A stretch of 34,703 nt of DNA from Thelocarpon superellum (Eukaryota), in NCBI GenBank assembly GCA_026025795.1, contig JAPEUG010000168.1:1-34703 (forward strand), in the 5' to 3' direction. This document shows, in pieces, positions 1 to 11,666 of this stretch. Made by a program: the position numbers and the translations under genes. Below the pieces are notes generated by a model that saw nothing but the letters and a program-made list of their open reading frames with translations, was not told where the DNA came from and made no database searches. Within the stretch, counting starts at the first letter, position 1. Every line of letters begins with the position of its first letter.

Positions 1-1600
1 CCCCTCCAGCAATGCAATGCAACGCATTTCAATCCAGTCGTGCACAGCTCAACGCGGCGCGGCGCGGCGAGCGGACCGATGGGAACCTTTGCAACCCTCC
101 TGTCCCTTTGCGAGATACGGCGCATGCTCTACAGGTAGCACGCACCACGCACCACGGATTACATACCGCACACTCCATTCTGATTAAGGTGGTAGCCTTG
201 GTGGAATCACCTGCATAAAGTGAATGCAGATGCATGCATGTATTACATTTCAGCCCCCCAGTACGGTTACCATTCGCGCGAAAGAGCACCTAACGACGAC
301 GAGCACGGGATGTAGACCCAAGTACTACCCCGTACCTGTACTTCGTACATCACAGCGCTGGTCGGAAGTGGACACACGCGCGACAGAAAGAGTCAGAAGT
401 GCGGAGCTTTGTCCGCGTGCCCCGTCCTGCCAGGGAAGGGGAGAAGAGGAGGGGCTTCTTCTAGATCTGTCGATGACGGCACCACCGAGTGGCGGGCGGG
501 AATCGATGATCACTTGCCCGTGTCGTGAGGGACGTGACTATGTGATCTGGCCTGCCATTGGCCGAACCGTTGGCGGCCCAGGCAACCCCGGTACCCCACC
601 ACCGCCATCCCACCACCGCCGCCACTCACCACCCCTGATTCGCGGCGGTCGAATCCACGGGTGGTGTGGATGCTCCCGTCCGTGCCGCACAAGGATGGAC
701 CGAGTGAGGGGGGAGATGCCTTTGTATGGAGTACTCGTCTGCGCATCCGTAGGGGCAAGAACGGTCCACGAGTAGAAGTGGGCGGTGGGATGCGCGCTCC
801 GGAACAAGTGATGCAGCCGCCGACCACGGCTTCGTTCCGTGCTACGGTGGGTGCGACGTACGTCTCCCAATCCGGGGACGCCTGCATGGACTACTGGAGG
901 TGTGATTGGTCATGTGATTTTATGGAGGGTGGGCATCGGCGAACACCGCGCTTCCTCAGTCCTCCGCTGCCTAGTTGTTGCTTGCTACTAGCAACACATC
1001 TGGGCAGTGGAGTATGAGAGGGTGGTACCCTGTAGGGCCTGTGGGGCCTGGAGGGAGTTCACGGTGCGGACGCGACCGCTACCGCTAGACTGTATAGGGG
1101 TTGGCGATGGTCTGGCCCTGTGGTGCATATGGAAGAAGTAATGAAAGGTAAGTCATGTACGGCAGTGGTGAGACATCGCCGATGTAACCACGTCGGTGGT
1201 GCGGCAGACTCTTCAAAAGGTCATCTTTTGCGACGGAGCCTTCTACATGCTCAATCACCTCGACCGTGCCTCGAGAGTCCAGAACATATCGCGTCCCTCG
1301 AATGTTCAGACCCAGGCCGTCAATTTGGATTATGATACGCTCGATCCAACGTAAGTGATCTACAGTCATATGCATGGTGGCCCTTCCTGGACGTGCAAAA
1401 GTCATGGCACGCTCAATTAACGCTTGCCACGGAATAGAATGAGATACTAATCACTTTTCTCGACGGCCGGAAGATCAAGCCCGAAAGAAACAAAAACGAC
1501 GCAACAATAATGATCCAGATAATGGAAACTCCAGACTTGGAGACCACCTTTACTATTCGTCATTGGCAAAGGTGGCCTGCGACATCGCCCATCGTCCCAC

Positions 1601-3913
1601 TCAGGTCTTGAGCCCCGAGTCAATCTCGTCCACCACGTTGTTACTCGAATACTCGTGCCAATCGTCACACGTCTGCGCCATGACCTGTGGGATCTGCATC
1701 TGTCGCACCTCCTGGGGTCGTTGCTGCCACGGGGATGAGCCACTGAGCCAGGGTGGGAAGGACGAGCCAGCTCACCATGATGTTCGAGTAGAGCCCCTGA
1801 GACACGTGCCACGCAATGTGGCAATGGAAGGGCCACACCCCAGGGTTGTCCGACACGAGCTGGACCACCATGTATCCTCTGGCGGGGACCATCTGCACGT
1901 CGCGTCGTTGAGGGTTGTGGGGGTTCGTGATGGTCCCGTCCCACTCGCCAAAGCCCGCGTCGAGCACAAACATGTTCTGCCCGTGGAGATGGAAGGGGTG
2001 TGGGGCCTGAAATTGGTTGTTGAGGATGATCCGAATCGTTTGATTCTCGCCTGCGTCGGTCAGTACTCCTCATCCCATTCAACTCGCTCCTCACATACCA
2101 AAGTCGAACACATTCCACTGAGGGTCCATCGGATACGATACATTGCCTTCTGATTCCAACAGCAAGAGCGGATAGTCATAGTTGCCCCGAAAGGTCTGAT
2201 TATTCATCAGGAAGTTGAAGTGGCCCGTAGCGTTGACCTCGCCGGTGATGTTGATCACTTGCGTAAAATCCGGGTCTGGCGTCGGCGTGATGGGATAGAA
2301 GGGTACCGTGATTTCGAGAGGGTCCTGTGTCAGGTTAGCCACGAGACCCTGGGCACTTGGGAAGGTGGCACACGCGTCCTACATTTTCGCACGTGAGGGG
2401 GTGTGGAATAGGTTGCGCAGCACTGGTCGGCCGCGTGGTGGGATCGGCATCTTCGTAGTAGATGACGGCCAGCGCGTCACTGCCGTTGGTCAAACTGCAC
2501 ACGGTCGTGAGATTGGAACGCATCCAATACGTGTCGGTGGGTCGGCCTATCGCTTTCACGAGGACATCGGTGCGTTGTCCGACCTACGGACATGGATCAG
2601 TCGGACCTCTCCTTTAGCTGGTCGATGAGTAAGGACGGGATCATGCCTACCCCGAGGGTGACCAGAGTTGTGTCGTATGGTTGGATGGGCACGAAATCGT
2701 TGGCAATCACGGTCAGGATGTGGTCATCGATGCTGAAGAACTGCATCCCCTCAGCACCGGCGTTGATGAGCCGGAGCCGATGGGTCTTGCCCGAGGTGAA
2801 GTTAAAGGTCGCTAGTCCGGCACCGTCCACGCAAGGCGTGCCATCCGTGATCACCGAGCAATTGAAGTCCATCTTGCCGTTGATCAGATTGTTATCGGAG
2901 TAGACGGCAAGCGTGGCCGCTTCGGGGTCGGTGCCCGAGATGGCCTCCACAAGCTTGAAGTACTCGGTGTGGTAGTAGTCCGTGAGAAATATGGGTCCCA
3001 AGTCAATATCGTAGGGCACATTTTGTGGCCCGTGGATGACCATGGGACCGTGCAGCCCACCGGCATACTGCGCCGAATAATGGGAGTGCCACCAAGATGT
3101 GCCGTAGAGGTCCGCGATGAAGCTATACGTGAAGCTCTGGCCTGGCGCGATCGGACACTGCTGGACCGAGGGCACGCCATCGTACCACGGAGTGGCCTTC
3201 TGTAGGAGTCTGAATGGATTGTGTTGAGTCAGTGGCGGGCATGGCTAGGGGAGATCGAGCCTCGATCGGGAGCAATATACCCATGCCTGGTGGTCCAATC
3301 TACGATTAGTATGACCCATAATAATCAGGACGGGGATGTCGCACCAGTGGATGGAGGTCCCTTCTGGCGGGTTATCGATCTCGTTATGGATCGTCACCTG
3401 AATCGTATCGCCCCAGTTGGCTTCGATGAGGGGCTACGTCACGGTGAGTGGTGTGCGGGTTTGCACTCGATCGGGGATCGCCTACCCCAGGAAACGCCCC
3501 GTTGACAACGAGCGCCTGTTTCTCGACGCCATCGGGGGCGATGGTCATCCTGTGGATTTGGAAGTCATACGTTCGGATCACTCCCGTGTTCGGTGGATCG
3601 GTATAAGGATCGCAGTTGTTCGCCGTGCGAGTGTCCCAGGGAAATCCATTAGGTAATGGCTGGAAGAGAGGGATCCGTTAGCACGATCCCAACACGGTCC
3701 GTCAGTCACGTACGTTATTCGTTAAAAAGGGGGGAAGCTGCGAGGCCAATTCAGTTCCCAACACCGACGCCCCTAAAAGCGTGAGCAGCTGCGTTCGGGG
3801 GAACCAATGTCTCGAGGAGGGCAAGGTCACCTACCATTGGTGGCGACCTGGGTCAAATTGGACTGTAAGCTCACGATCCCGGTCAGGAGGTTGTTCACGA
3901 GAGACAGGGCCAT
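1601..3913 (-). CDS. Laccase / multicopper oxidase (AA1), ~596 aa, 10 exons: 3913-3835, 3772-3714, 3659-3486, 3433-3345, 3286-3281, 3209-2651, 2583-2383, 2324-2099, 2050-1776, 1723-1601
   Basis: The spliced product has all four copper-binding motifs: HWHG (across the microexon), WWHSH, HPFHLHG and [12 protein letters not shown]. It ends in DSGL(KT), like ascomycete laccases. All nine introns are GT-AG and the exon lengths sum to 1791 nt in frame. Confidence 0.95.
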
Positions 3914-4024
3914 GTTGGTGAGACCGCAGCTAACTGGGACAAAAGGTCCGCAGAGGAGGTGGACGGCTGAAGGAAGGCGTGTCGTCGGCGGGGCTGGAGG
4001 AGATATGTGAGGCGTGCTTGTCAC

Positions 4025-4031
4025 ATATATA
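4025..4031 (-). promoter_or_regulatory. Putative TATA box of the laccase gene
   Basis: TATATAT on the minus strand ~110 bp upstream of the ATG at 3913, followed by a pyrimidine-rich leader. Confidence 0.45.
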
Positions 4032-6896
4032 GACGCGATTTTGGCAGCCACGGACGTCTCCAGGGCTATCGCGGCTCATGCATGGTGGACCAGCTCAGAT
4101 CCTGGCCATCCTCTCAAATGTAAGACTCTCCGCACCCGAGGCGAGCTCATTCGTCTTCTTTAGCTCATCGGGTTGGACAGGCCGTCGACAAAGGATCGAT
4201 GGGTGGGCTTGGCAAGCAGAGGTTCATCACGGCTGAGGTAAGAAGGTCAGGCCACGATGGAGAGGACAAGGCTGATGGAGCACCGCTCTACCGAAGGAAG
4301 TGGACGAATGGTGGATGATCTGACATGGCGATAGTCGCACAGTTGGCACCTGCGCCGTAGGATTAGTGGCGATTGGTGTCGATGTCGTGCGATAGCAATG
4401 TGCAGGGTGGAACATCTCATGCCGATGAGGGTGGGGATCGGGATGCGGTCGTAACAGAAACGGAGATGGTCCGCCGCGTGGCTGCGCGGTAACATTCCTC
4501 GACGCCCAATCCCGTGGTGGGGAGGAGAGACTGGTGACGACACGCCGAGTTGTCTCATCGTCCACACAGTCCATAGGCTGGCGGTGGGCTGGATGTAGAG
4601 TAGATCTACCGCCGGTGGATCCACGACGGGCGATCGAGTCCTTGCTCGTGCAAGGATTTCCAGGCATGTCCGGACTCAATGTCCGGGGTGCCGTACGGTC
4701 GGGTCGAGCAAGGGAATGAGCAGAAAAGGAGAGTAGACGAACGGAAGCCATCCCGGTACTTCCGAACGTGCAGCTACATGTTGTGGGTTGGGGCGGTTCC
4801 ACTGTGGACTCGTCCTCACACGACGTCAAGACTAATGTGGGCTGTGTCGCACCTTGTGCGTCGTGACTTCGCCCGGGCGCCTGGTTTGGGCACCGAAGCA
4901 TCTGCTCTGGATGGCGAAAGGAGAGCGCGCCACCGGACGAGTGCCGACACCTCGGGCGTTGTATCCAGGATACAAGAGAGGAAGATAGGACTAGCATCAC
5001 GCGGCCGGGGAAAAGAGCTCAGCTCTTTCTCATGAGAGGGCGAGGCGCTAGGTCGGCATTAGGAGATATCGAGTAGGACGGGCACCACATTCTAGAAGAC
5101 CGGTGCCCTTCAAGGCGTACACGAAGAGCGAGGGGAGGTCCGCTCTCACTCCGCTGGGCATGTTACAGCGTGCTCGCACGAGGCGCGTCCAGACCACTCG
5201 ACCAAGGAAGCCTGAGTGGTCGTCGAGAGATCTCGATGCACCGGTGCATCGATGACGTCAATTTGTTCAAAACCGTGCACCAGCCAAGCCTCTTGGCCGG
5301 CGTACATCGTCGCAATGGGCGGCAGGGCGAGCTTCTGTTGCTGGAAGGCCAGTTGCCCTTGCGAGCGCGCTTCCTCCGCGGCACGGGTGCAGTTCATCAG
5401 GGCCCCATCATCATATCGCATCTGTGTGATCACGAGGCTGGAGGCTGAATGTCGGGCGTGCACCAACCTGCCGCGCCGGAAGCCACCCTTACCTCGAGTA
5501 GCTATTGACCAGCAATGGACCGACCTTAGATTCCTCTTTGATGCAGGTACCCGCTAGCCTCGACGGGCCTCGGCGCTTACCCGTCCCGCTCCCCGAGCGC
5601 GTTGGCGCACCATTGCCCGTTCATCAGGATCCGCGGGGTGCTATGCAGAATACATCGCGCGCGCCTCCGACTCGTATGACCTTCAGCCCGCAATCAGTAT
5701 CACGTGTCTGTTCAATGGACGCGACCCAGTCAGCGAGGGGAACGTGTAACATTTGGCGAGAATCAATGCTGGATGCCTGATGCTGACTAACGACGGCTCG
5801 GGCGAGCGGAGGGGGCTCGCGGTGCAGGGCCGATGCGTCTGCGCTTGGGTCCGCGTCGTACTACAGGCAAATCCAAGAAGCTGTAGGCTCTCGTCTTTCT
5901 TGAGCGCCGCCTACACCGCCCCGCCGATCGGTGCATTCGGTGTGAGTGCTGGAGGCGGCGTGGTAGCATGGATCTGACGAGCATGAGATTGCCGGATCGA
6001 AGCCGCCCAATCCAGCGCCCGGCAGGGCCGAAGCCGTGCTCTTGCGCCGCCGCTCACTCGTTGCATGATGAGGTTTTTCGGACCGATGAACAGGGGCTAT
6101 AAGCGGGCGCTCCGACATCACGCCTTGCCACCTGGGGCTTTCTACGTGGTCCAGTATCTCCTCCACCCCGGCGCAGATTTATCGGGGGCCTGGCGGGTGT
6201 ATTTTTTCTGGATTCACATGACCTCGATTGAACCAGGAAAGGCAATCATCCGCTGTGATCATCCAGCCCCGGTCTGTCCTCTCGGTCGCCCTGGCAGACA
6301 GTACGCATCCCAATGAAGACAGATGTGCAGCGACGATAGTTGTTTAGTTGCAGGTAAGGTTGGCAATCTTCACAGCCTTATCGATGGCTACCAAGCACGA
6401 CCGCGGGATAAGTTGCCAGTGCGAAGCGGAAGTTACGTGACAACAGGAGATAAGGTCGTGCTCAGGTCTTTGTTTGTGTACTTGTAGAACCAGCACACAT
6501 ATTTAAAACGTGATACAGAAGCTCCGGCAGAGACCGCGCTGGGTCGGCGTGGGAGAAAGCCAAACGCTTGGACAGGCGGGCAAGCCGTCGGCTCTTCTCC
6601 GTGGCTCTTCGGCTAAAGTTTAGGTGGTGTGGCTAGAGCTGCAGTGGAAGCCAAAGCGAGCGCAAATTCGACAAGCTGCGGCTCACTTCCATCAGGGATC
6701 TCGACGTGTCGGTTGCGTCTTTGCGCTCGTGTTCTCGCCACGAGACCGAACACCAGCCTCCTTCTCCCTGCAGCCTACCTCATCGACAACCGCTCCGACC
6801 GATCGCTCCCTCGCGCGTGAAGCTGGATCCCTCTATTTGCATTCCCGCACCCTACCTCGGGGGTCTTCCCATCATCTCCTATCACGCACCGCCATC

Positions 6897-7611
6897 ATGT
6901 TTGGCATCAACCCGCAGATGTCCGTGCAAACCCGCCACCATCGTGCGCGTCCACCAATTGGGCGCGCACGGCGAGATTTGGCTGACGGGACCATCGGTGT
7001 AGCACGAACCTGGTCGTGATCCTCGGCCTTATGCAGGTCTCGAAAAAGATCCCCTTTGACGATCCCAACGTCCTGAACGGCGTCCGCGCCGCCTATGTGC
7101 TTTCTAACGTGATCATCGTGGCCATCTACCTTTACGTGCAGATGCAAATCAATCAAAAGAAAGGCGAGCTTCCCACGACGCACGAGGACTGGGACTGGCG
7201 CTGATGGGAGTAGATATGACGACGTTGAAGTACGTCGAGCCCGCCCCAATGGGGTCGACGGAGGAAGGAAAGCTCATCACGACGACGGTACACGCGTACG
7301 ATACCCAACAGCTGCGCGGCTTGTTCAAGTCGCAGCTCATGGGGGTCGGGATGATGGCCGTCATGCACCTGTACTTCAAGTACACCAACCCACTCCTCAT
7401 CCAGTCCATCATCCCGTTGAAGGGCGCCTTTGAGGGTAATCTGGTTAAGATCCATCTCTTGGGCGAGCCCGCCAGCGGCGACCTTAAGCGGCCCTTCAAG
7501 GGTGCTGGAGGGTTGATGGGCGCTATGCAGGGAGGTGGCGAGGTGAAAGGAGACAAGAAGAGCATCGAGGCGGCGGAGCGATCTGGCCGTGGAGGGGCCA
7601 AGGAGGAATAG
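6897..7611 (+). CDS. PHO88: Pho88/Snd3 family ER membrane protein, ~193 aa; exons 6897-6919, 7003-7163, 7214-7611
   Basis: The spliced sequence MFGINPQITNLVVILGLMQVSKKIPFDDP...KKDMTTLKYVEP...HLYFKYTNPLLIQSIIPLK...LKRPFK matches the Pho88 family pattern. Exons total 582 nt in frame; intron 2 needs a GC donor. Confidence 0.93.
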
Positions 7612-7613
7612 TC

Positions 7614-7643
7614 ATGGAGATGGAAATGGGGATGGGAATGAGA
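7614..7643 (+). repeat. Degenerate hexamer repeat (ATGRRR)x5 directly after the PHO88 stop
   Basis: atggag atggaa atgggg atggga atgaga. Confidence 0.7.
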
Positions 7644-7661
7644 ATAGGATTCAGTCCATCA

Positions 7662-7664
<3 letters not shown>

Positions 7665-7703
<39 letters not shown>
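7665..7703 (+). repeat. (TC)n dinucleotide microsatellite, ~19 units
   Basis: Uninterrupted tctctc... tract in the PHO88 3' region. Confidence 0.97.
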
Positions 7704-7705
<2 letters not shown>

Positions 7706-8736
7706 GTACACCTCACCTGATAAAACGCTAGCGTTTGTACCACCAGATGCCACACTATTTATCAGTCATTCGGCTCGACGCAGCCAAGGTTTCTTCTACC
7801 GCCTGCGATCTCACCCTCTCACCTTGCAAGAATTCCGATCAGGCCAGGGCATGATAATCTCTCTCTTCCAGCCTTGGTAGCTTTCTCAAGTCAGTAGGGC
7901 GCCCTCGCCTTACATGCAGCAAACCGACGTAAACGTGTCAGCGCCTGCGCTCCGTTACCTCTTGTACTCGCACCACCCGAATCGACAATTGACAGCTGGA
8001 TGCAGGGGTAGGCGGTACCGCCGGCGAAATCACCACCGAAAGCCTGCCACGTTCATGCTCTTCCCCATAACACGGGTCAGTGTACAAGGCACCTGTCAGG
8101 CCTATCTTCTTGTCCACCCTGCAACGAGTCGCTTGCACGGCGCGGAGATCTCTCCTTGCCCTATGTAACTTATAGATTTCATTCATACTACCGAGCTTGG
8201 GAGATGGGAATGGACCGCTCGTTCCTGTGAGTCCTCCTTCGACTTCGGGAAACTGCATGAGTAAGCCATGAATACCGGCGAAGCCGGACGGGCCTGGACG
8301 ACCGCGTACCCGCAATAGGTTAGGCTCCTTTCGGCGACTTCGGGGACCTCGCCTATCCGGAATTCGCCTACCGTGCCTAGGCGAGTAGTGTTTGGCGTGG
8401 GTGGATGTGCTTGGCCTGCGAGCAGGACGTGCGCGTCCGCGCTCCGAGTTATCGTGGGCTCCATCTGATGGCTCTAGGTCGCCGGAGAGACACTCTACGA
8501 CAAGGTGATTCGGAGGCTGCCTAAGTACGGTGGTGCGACCCTACGTGGCATTGGAACACGTCCTGTTGTGCTCTATGCCGAGAATTCGGCATTGCACGTG
8601 GTCCGATTCTGATGTCCGAGGTGACGCAACTCCAGTACTCGTTCATGGTAGTACCAAACCTCTGGGTGTCAAGACCCAAGAAAGATACCTCAGTAGCGTT
8701 TCTGGCGTTGCACTGGTTCATTTTGCATCGTAGGCA

Positions 8737-10991
8737 CTATGCAAAACCACCAACAAACTCATTCAGCCACGCATCATCTGCCTCAGACAGATTGATCCCA
8801 GATTGGGAGGGGGGGTGGACGGGACGCAGCCCCCCTGCGTGGCTCGTGACAAAGGCGTCCCGAGCAAGCTCTTTAATCTGCTTGAACAAGGTACCAGCGA
8901 TGGGCCACACCTCCTTGCTTGTCTTGAGAGCACCGACGGCCAAGCGGATGCGCTGCATCGAGCAGCGGGCTTCATTCTCATTGCACCCCGTCACGTACGC
9001 CGAGAGGTGGACGATGGCGCCGAGCGCGATGGCGCAGCTGAAAAATGGAGTGTGGTTGAGCAGAGAGGTGGGGAGTGTCACGAGGCTTGAGAGGCCGCTG
9101 GCTGCGCGAATAGCTTTGGCGGAATGGATATGGTACGACGAGATGGGGTTGGCGAAGGACCGGGGGGGCGTGCACTCGGTCTTGTCGGCCACGTTCGCGA
9201 AGACAAGGTCGGATCGGGGTCGGTGTAGCATGATTAAGGATCTGAGGACCCTTCCCGTCATCATGATGCCCCGTGCTTCGAGGCGGATGTGCTCACGTAT
9301 TTACAATCATGTTTGCTTGAAATAGCATCTCATCCACATTTCCTTCGCGGTCGATCGCTTCCCGTTTCGAGGCTGGAAGATGCAAGGACCAGCCGACCAG
9401 GGTCGCGTCCAGTTCTTCGACCATGCTGGACTCGTCGGGCGGCATCCGTGGCATGTTGTACATAAGACTGCCGAGGATGCGGACGGCGTCGATGCGGTAC
9501 GAAAACGAGGAGAACTTGATGTCGTCACTTGACAGCGCGCGGTTGTGGAATTGTGCCACGGTGTGGGGCTTGGGAATCCCCTGCGACAAGATCGTCAGTC
9601 AGCCTCTTCAAAGAGTCAGACCGGAAGCTTGAGGGGTGTCGACCTGGCCGGCGGTATAGACCGCCTCCTCGCATGGAAGGCCGACCTCCGCGTCAACGTC
9701 GTAGAGCTCGAAGGTCTCGGCTTGATGAGCAGCGGCCATAAGGGCGTTGACGACGTATAATTCGAACCACGTTCTCCGCCAACTCTCTTCAAGCACGGCA
9801 TCACCTTTACTGTTCGCACAGGCGAAACCCTTGCGATTCATGCCCAGCCGAAGCGCGATGTCGACCGCCACCCTGATGACGTGCGTGGCGTACTCCTGCT
9901 CGTTGGAGGCGTGAAGCACGATCGCGAACAGCAGCATCGCCTGAACCGTATGACCATCCCGTTGTTCTTCTCTCACCAACATGACCGACTCCGCTGCAGT
10001 TCGATACGGCTGACTGGATGTACGCAACAAGAAGATGGAGCCGATATACTGCATGACAGTCTCCAGATACGCCGGATATTGTCCCACTGTGCCGGGCAAG
10101 AGTCGCTGGGGCACAAGGATCGGATGCGCACTGTGAAAGCGGAGATAGTAGAGATCAATGAGGTCTTTGGCGGGAAGGCCTCCCTCAGTAAGTGGCAGCC
10201 CTACTAACGGTGTGGCGGCCGATGATGGCTCCATGCCTGTCTCACAGATAACGCCGCCTTCGAGTGGGAGAGATTTTCCCACCTCCGCAGCGGAAGCCGG
10301 ACCCGCATGGGCGAAGTCGGGTGATGTGGCGGTCGAGGGAAATGCGGACTGCGTTTCGGAAACGTAGGCCCCTTCATTTCTCGCTACATCAGAACTTGAC
10401 GTCGATGAAGTGTAGGTCGTAGTGGGCACTACGAGGCCGCCGCGATATCAGCGACATGGGCACCGACGAAAGACCACCGTCAATGTCATTGAAGGATGTT
10501 GAACAGAGGCATAGAAGGAGAGAAGGAATGAGGCAAGACTGCATGCCAAGCGTGCCATCCTGCGGAGGGGCTATGTGTTTATGTGGATGAATGATGGCAG
10601 ACGCGTCTTGGCCGAAATTGGAGACATGGGGAGGTCGGAAGGCTGACGACGAGAGAGCCGACTCACTTGGAAAAGATGCGGATTTCGATCTCACGGGGTG
10701 TATATACGGCGAGGGAACGTCAGCTTTTGCCGCTTCCTCCGCCGTTGGAGGTGCCTCCTCGGCACCCGACGGACGAGGTCGTTTGCGTGGGCTCTTCCAG
10801 CCCCGTCGTGACTCGACATACTGACACTGTCGGTCAAAGGTCTGACATCTCACGCATGAGGGAAAGGTAGCATCGCACTTTAAGTGTCGTCGACGACACT
10901 CAATGCAGGCCAGGGCCGACTGGGCTCTTTCCTTGGCGGCCCTGGCCGAGAGGCCATCAGCCCTGAGGACTTCCCCGTTCCTGTCAGCCAT
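8737..10991 (-). CDS. Zn(II)2Cys6 transcription factor with fungal-specific TF (middle homology) domain, ~669 aa; exons 10991-~10556, 10428-9644, 9580-9297, 9241-8737
   Basis: CIECRRRHLKCDATFPSCVRCQTFDRQC binuclear cluster. Downstream Fungal_trans-like motifs are LIDLYYLRFHSAHPIL and ESWRRTWFELY. The intron 1 donor is uncertain (GC at 10555 or 10546, or a weak GT at 10477). Confidence 0.9.
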
Positions 10992-11666
10992 TGCTCGATA
11001 TCTAAAATGCTCCTTAAAAGACCTATAGAGGCCTAGTCGGGGGGGATCTCTATGATAAATTTGCAGAAGTCAACCATCGCGCTCATGTTGGTGGTAGTAG
11101 AAGCTACCATCCCTTCTCTGTCAGACTCACGCGGAAGGTCGGCGGTTCAGCGGTCAATGGTCAGGCCGTCTGATGGCCAAGGCATACCATCCTGCGCTAA
11201 CGAAAGACCCCGAACCCTTGGCTAAGCCCGGTAACGAGCCGACGCCTGAACGCCGTGATCGTTCAGGCCACCAACTGAAAGGGAAAGTGCCGTAGGATGG
11301 ATGGACTCTTCGTAAGAAGCTCAAGCAGCGGACAATGACGATGCAAATGAAGCTGGATACCCAGAAGACGTGGCCAAAATCATGCCGCGGACACTGTCAC
11401 TGCTGCAGGACGAGATGTCGGGCTTGCCTGGTGGCGTTCAGGTGCGGCGCAGTCTTCGGGGACCTCGTCGGGGACTACATTGGGCCCTGAATCCCGGAGA
11501 TGCAGTGTCCCTATCTATTATGTTACTTACCATGGGCAACCTGTACCGTGTCCTCTTGACCTCGCGTCAACCTCTTTCACCCGTGCGTTACCTTTCTAAG
11601 GCTTCCAGTCCCATGATTGAATAGACGCCCTGTACACGTTGAACGACCTGCGGCGATTGGCGCGGG

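Noticed and set aside
260..350. Cluster of GTAC motifs (also at 16354-16395) as copper-response elements
   Set aside because: GTAC copper-response elements are bound by plant/algal SBP-domain factors, which are not known in fungi, and the cluster is downstream of the laccase.
6065..6200. Box C/D snoRNA (ATGATGA)
   Set aside because: No suitably placed CTGA D box or terminal stem.
4227..6316. Several 60-257 aa ORFs in the laccase-PHO88 intergenic gap
   Set aside because: No recognisable motifs or consistent exon chain; ORFs of this size are expected in GC-rich DNA.
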